DNA of 58,202 nucleotides from a virus: IMG/VR virus record IMGVR_UViG_3300005831_000020, positions 1 to 58,202 of that record; one strand, 5' to 3'. Shown piece by piece: positions 55,663 to 58,202 of this stretch (position 1 is its first letter; each line of letters starts with the position of its first letter). The notes under the pieces were generated by a model. It saw only the letters and a program-made list of their open reading frames with translations, ran no database searches and was not told where the DNA came from. The position numbers and the translations under genes were made by a program.

Positions 55663-56397
55663 TTAAATTTCCGTATTGAATCTAATAGTCCCTGCTACTG
55701 GAGTTGCAGGACGCTGCGCAGTTGTTCCGCCCGGAATAGTAATACCGGCATTACCCGGAATAATAGGGTTAGGGGCAATACTGACGGTTGCTATGTTATT
55801 ATCAACCGTAACAACGATTTGATCGACGCTACCTTGAACTCCCGTAATCCCATTTTGTGATAGCTTGGCAAAGATAATGCTATCCGTCCCGATAGTTGTA
55901 ACAATTGAGGTTAGCATCCAGGCAGTTACGCTGTTAGCCGTCCCGCTAATTACGTCAATAACTTCTCCTCTAATCATTTGAGACGGGGAATCAAAATCCA
56001 AGCTTCTAGTTAGTAGCCAGTTTTCGGTAGTAGAGCCGACATTAGTTACCGTATATATTCCGTTTTGGATGCTATCCGTTTGATCTTTAACTAGCACCCT
56101 GTTACCTGCAGCTAAAGTAACTCCGTCAACAACGAGCGTGCTTTGCGTTCCCGAATTGGTTAAAGTAGCTCCTACTCCGCTTATGCCGTTATCATAAGTA
56201 GCAGTTAAATTGCTAGTCGTTGCTACCAGAGCCGGAGGGATATTAGCTATAGTATTTAAAACCCAGTTTTCAGTAGCAAGAGTAAACCAGCTTGTCCCGT
56301 CGGTAATTTCCGGTTTACCGCTGGGTGTCGGTAGCGGTGCCGTTAATTTTGTAGATGCTTCTGTTTCTTTTTTATTAATATTGAGTTTTGTTTCCAT
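55663..56397 (-). CDS. Tail fibre protein
   Basis: 244 aa, Thr/Gly/Asn/Val-rich. N-terminal ..PEITDGTSWFTL.. and C-terminal ..RPATPVAGTIRFNTEI. Confidence 0.6.
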   Translation of the reverse strand: METKLNINKKETEASTKLTAPLPTPSGKPEITDGTSWFTLATENWVLNTIANIPPALVATTSNLTATYDNGISGVGATLTNSGTQSTLVVDGVTLAAGNRVLVKDQTDSIQNGIYTVTNVGSTTENWLLTRSLDFDSPSQMIRGEVIDVISGTANSVTAWMLTSIVTTIGTDSIIFAKLSQNGITGVQGSVDQIVVTVDNNIATVSIAPNPIIPGNAGITIPGGTTAQRPATPVAGTIRFNTEI

Positions 56398-56435
56398 TTT
56401 AAACCTCTTGTGATCATTTACAATTTTACCATAAA

Positions 56436-57536
56436 TTAAAGCGAAGTATTAAACCTCATCATTCCCGGAGTTAAAGTATTAGGTCGATCCAGGTTATTGC
56501 CGACCGGTATAGTCATCGATTTTTTACCCGTAAATACGGGATTGGGTGTAAAGACCGTCACAATCGGCGTACTTAATAACCCGCTACCGGTTACATCTCC
56601 TTGCAGGGTTAATCCGGTATTTAAAAGAGTATTTAAGTAGTCTTGAGCCGCAGTTGCGCTATTTGCCGCATTAGTTGCCGAGCCGCTTGCACTGCTTGCT
56701 GAATCGCTAGCATCAGATGCCGAACTTGATGCACTACCTGCTGAAAGCCCGGCAGCAAGTGCTGAAGCAGCCGCTGCTCCTGCCGATATTCCAGCTGCCC
56801 CTGCTGAAACACTAGCTTCGCCGGCAGCTGCTGTTGCTTCTGCTGCTGCTCCCGTAGCCTCTGTAGCTGAAGCGGCGGCTTCACCCGCACTCGTTGCCGC
56901 TGCTCCTGCTGAGGTTGATGCTTCTTCAGCTGAAGTAGCAGCTTGCTCTGCGTACTCCTGGCATTGTTGCTTTATTTCTTCTAATTGCTCGGCAGTTGCA
57001 TAATCCTCACCGGCGATAGCAATGGCAAAAGCACCATCAGCAACAATCTTGGCCATTCCTGTACCAAGTTCTTCTAAAACCTGTGCTTCAGGTAAATTAG
57101 TATTTGGAGTTCTAATTATGTAAGTAGCATCACTTGGAGCTGCCTTGCTTGTAATATCTATAAACGATAGAGTACCGGTGCCGTTTGTTGCTATTACCTG
57201 CCCGTTAGTTCCATCCTGCAGCGGTAATCTCCAGATGGTGTTTTGAGTTAAATTACCCGCAGTAAAGCCAACATAATAATCATTAGAAGGATTACTCCAC
57301 TTTAGCCTATTAGTAATAATATCTTCAGTATTAGTGATGCCGGCAGAGTTAATACCGGTTGCATATATTGTATAAAGCTCAGCAGTCCCGCCGGTAATAA
57401 CAGGAGACAAAATACTTTCAAAACTAGCCTCTTTTGCATATAAATAGTTAATTGGAGCAAGTCCCTCTCCTCTATTAGCTAGTGCTAAGAAGGCTGCTTT
57501 TTCTCTATCAAAACCCGGATTAAAATTATTAGCCAT
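56436..57536 (-). CDS. Tail fibre protein with a 14-heptad Ser/Ala repeat
   Basis: SAxxAxx heptads cover residues 202-299. The C-terminus reads ..RPNTLTPGMMRFNTSL. Confidence 0.65.
   Translation of the reverse strand: MANNFNPGFDREKAAFLALANRGEGLAPINYLYAKEASFESILSPVITGGTAELYTIYATGINSAGITNTEDIITNRLKWSNPSNDYYVGFTAGNLTQNTIWRLPLQDGTNGQVIATNGTGTLSFIDITSKAAPSDATYIIRTPNTNLPEAQVLEELGTGMAKIVADGAFAIAIAGEDYATAEQLEEIKQQCQEYAEQAATSAEEASTSAGAAATSAGEAAASATEATGAAAEATAAAGEASVSAGAAGISAGAAAASALAAGLSAGSASSSASDASDSASSASGSATNAANSATAAQDYLNTLLNTGLTLQGDVTGSGLLSTPIVTVFTPNPVFTGKKSMTIPVGNNLDRPNTLTPGMMRFNTSL
56640..56933. repeat. Tandem 21-bp (heptad-coding) GC-rich repeats
   Basis: Encodes SAEEAST SAGAAAT SAGEAAA SATEATG ... 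SATAAQD. Confidence 0.8.
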
Positions 57537-57540
57537 TACT

Positions 57541-57981
57541 TTAGAACTTAATTTGATGCAATGATTCCAAACGCTCTCGTGCGTCTATGTTACTAACACT
57601 CTGGCCGGCAAAATCAGGTAAAACAGGGGGGATATCATCACTTGTAAAGTTGATATCTTCTAAAATAACAGGCGAACTATTACCGATTGCTTCAGGACCT
57701 TGCGGCGTCATAATACCTTCAGGTCTTGGATCTCGTACTACTTTCGGATCGCCTTTTATTTGCGGCGGTCTATTCTGCTCGTTTGGCTCATCTACAAAAG
57801 GACGGCCAACCATAGCTCCCGTCCAGACTAGATCGTTTCCTCGGTATTCATACTGCTTAACTAAATCGGATTTACTAAATAGGAATCCCGAATAATCACA
57901 AACACCAACAGGCTCAATACTATTTTTTCTAACAAACCTTCCTCGTCCTGTATTGACCTTATATCTCTTAAGATTAATCAC
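57541..57981 (-). CDS. Hypothetical virion-module protein
   Basis: 146-aa ORF with a GTG start that overlaps the stop of the wrap-around gene. Confidence 0.5.
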   Translation of the reverse strand: MINLKRYKVNTGRGRFVRKNSIEPVGVCDYSGFLFSKSDLVKQYEYRGNDLVWTGAMVGRPFVDEPNEQNRPPQIKGDPKVVRDPRPEGIMTPQGPEAIGNSSPVILEDINFTSDDIPPVLPDFAGQSVSNIDARERLESLHQIKF

Positions 57982-58202
57982 CGTATACCTCCAGAGTCAG
58001 CGGTACTTCCGTTGTATTATTAATTACGGCATTAGTCATACTCTCTTGATATTTAGCTCTTAAGCTTTCAGTTTTTTCAGGAGCGTATTGCTCTGCTAGC
58101 ATTTCGGCCACGCCGTAAATAAGAGGCATATAAAAATACGAGGGAATATCAATACCTTGCGTGTAACTTTCTAGAGTTTCTATACTGCTTTGACCGCTAT
58201 AC
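57974..58202 (-). CDS. 3' end of the wrap-around structural gene (continues from 1..962)
   Basis: Same reading frame as 1..962 after collapsing the 120-nt overlap. Ends ...EVPLTLEVYGD-TAA at 57974. Confidence 0.6.
   Translation of the reverse strand, partial: YSGQSSIETLESYTQGIDIPSYFYMPLIYGVAEMLAEQYAPEKTESLRAKYQESMTNAVINNTTEVPLTLEVYGD
58083..58202. repeat. Terminal direct repeat, right copy (identical to 1..120)
   Basis: Exact 120-nt match, checked by eye. Confidence 0.95.

Noticed and set aside
56633-56890. 85-aa Gln-rich ORF on the minus strand
   Set aside because: It is an alternative frame of the 21-bp Ser/Ala heptad repeats of the 366-aa fibre gene, so it is a repeat artefact.
50223-57536. 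Diversity-generating retroelement acting on the fibre genes
   Set aside because: No reverse transcriptase and no template/variable repeat pair was recognised anywhere in the window.

Overview
The window is a complete, self-closing replicon of about 58.08 kb. Positions 1..120 are identical to 58083..58202, and a 356-codon minus-strand ORF reads through the joined ends without a stop. I read it as an AT-rich podovirus-like phage-plasmid with four parts. (1) A late/virion module on the minus strand: TerL, portal, GroES-like co-chaperonin, scaffold, HK97-type capsid, adaptor-like proteins and a long multi-gene tail-fibre cluster. (2) A lambda-style early module: an initiator with four phased 22-bp iterons inside its own gene, DnaB, an SSB-like protein, ParB-nuclease/methyltransferase genes, Dcm, YqaJ exonuclease plus RecT, and a RuvC-like resolvase. 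(3) Plasmid-maintenance functions: ParA plus an RHH partner, a small serine resolvase with a res-like site, and a second paralogous initiator. I recognised no integrase, CI-type repressor or endolysin. (4) Two visibly AT-richer cargo islands. One carries host-interaction or effector-like genes: an omptin-like OMP, a 739-aa coiled-coil repeat protein, an RHH-preceded CE-clan/YopJ-like protein and an ankyrin-like ORF. The other carries metabolic genes typical of intracellular bacteria: a Na+/solute symporter, a ProP-like MFS transporter and a SpoT-like HD hydrolase. A patatin phospholipase is also embedded in the tail-fibre operon. All family calls rest on motif recognition by eye and memory; no searches were run.
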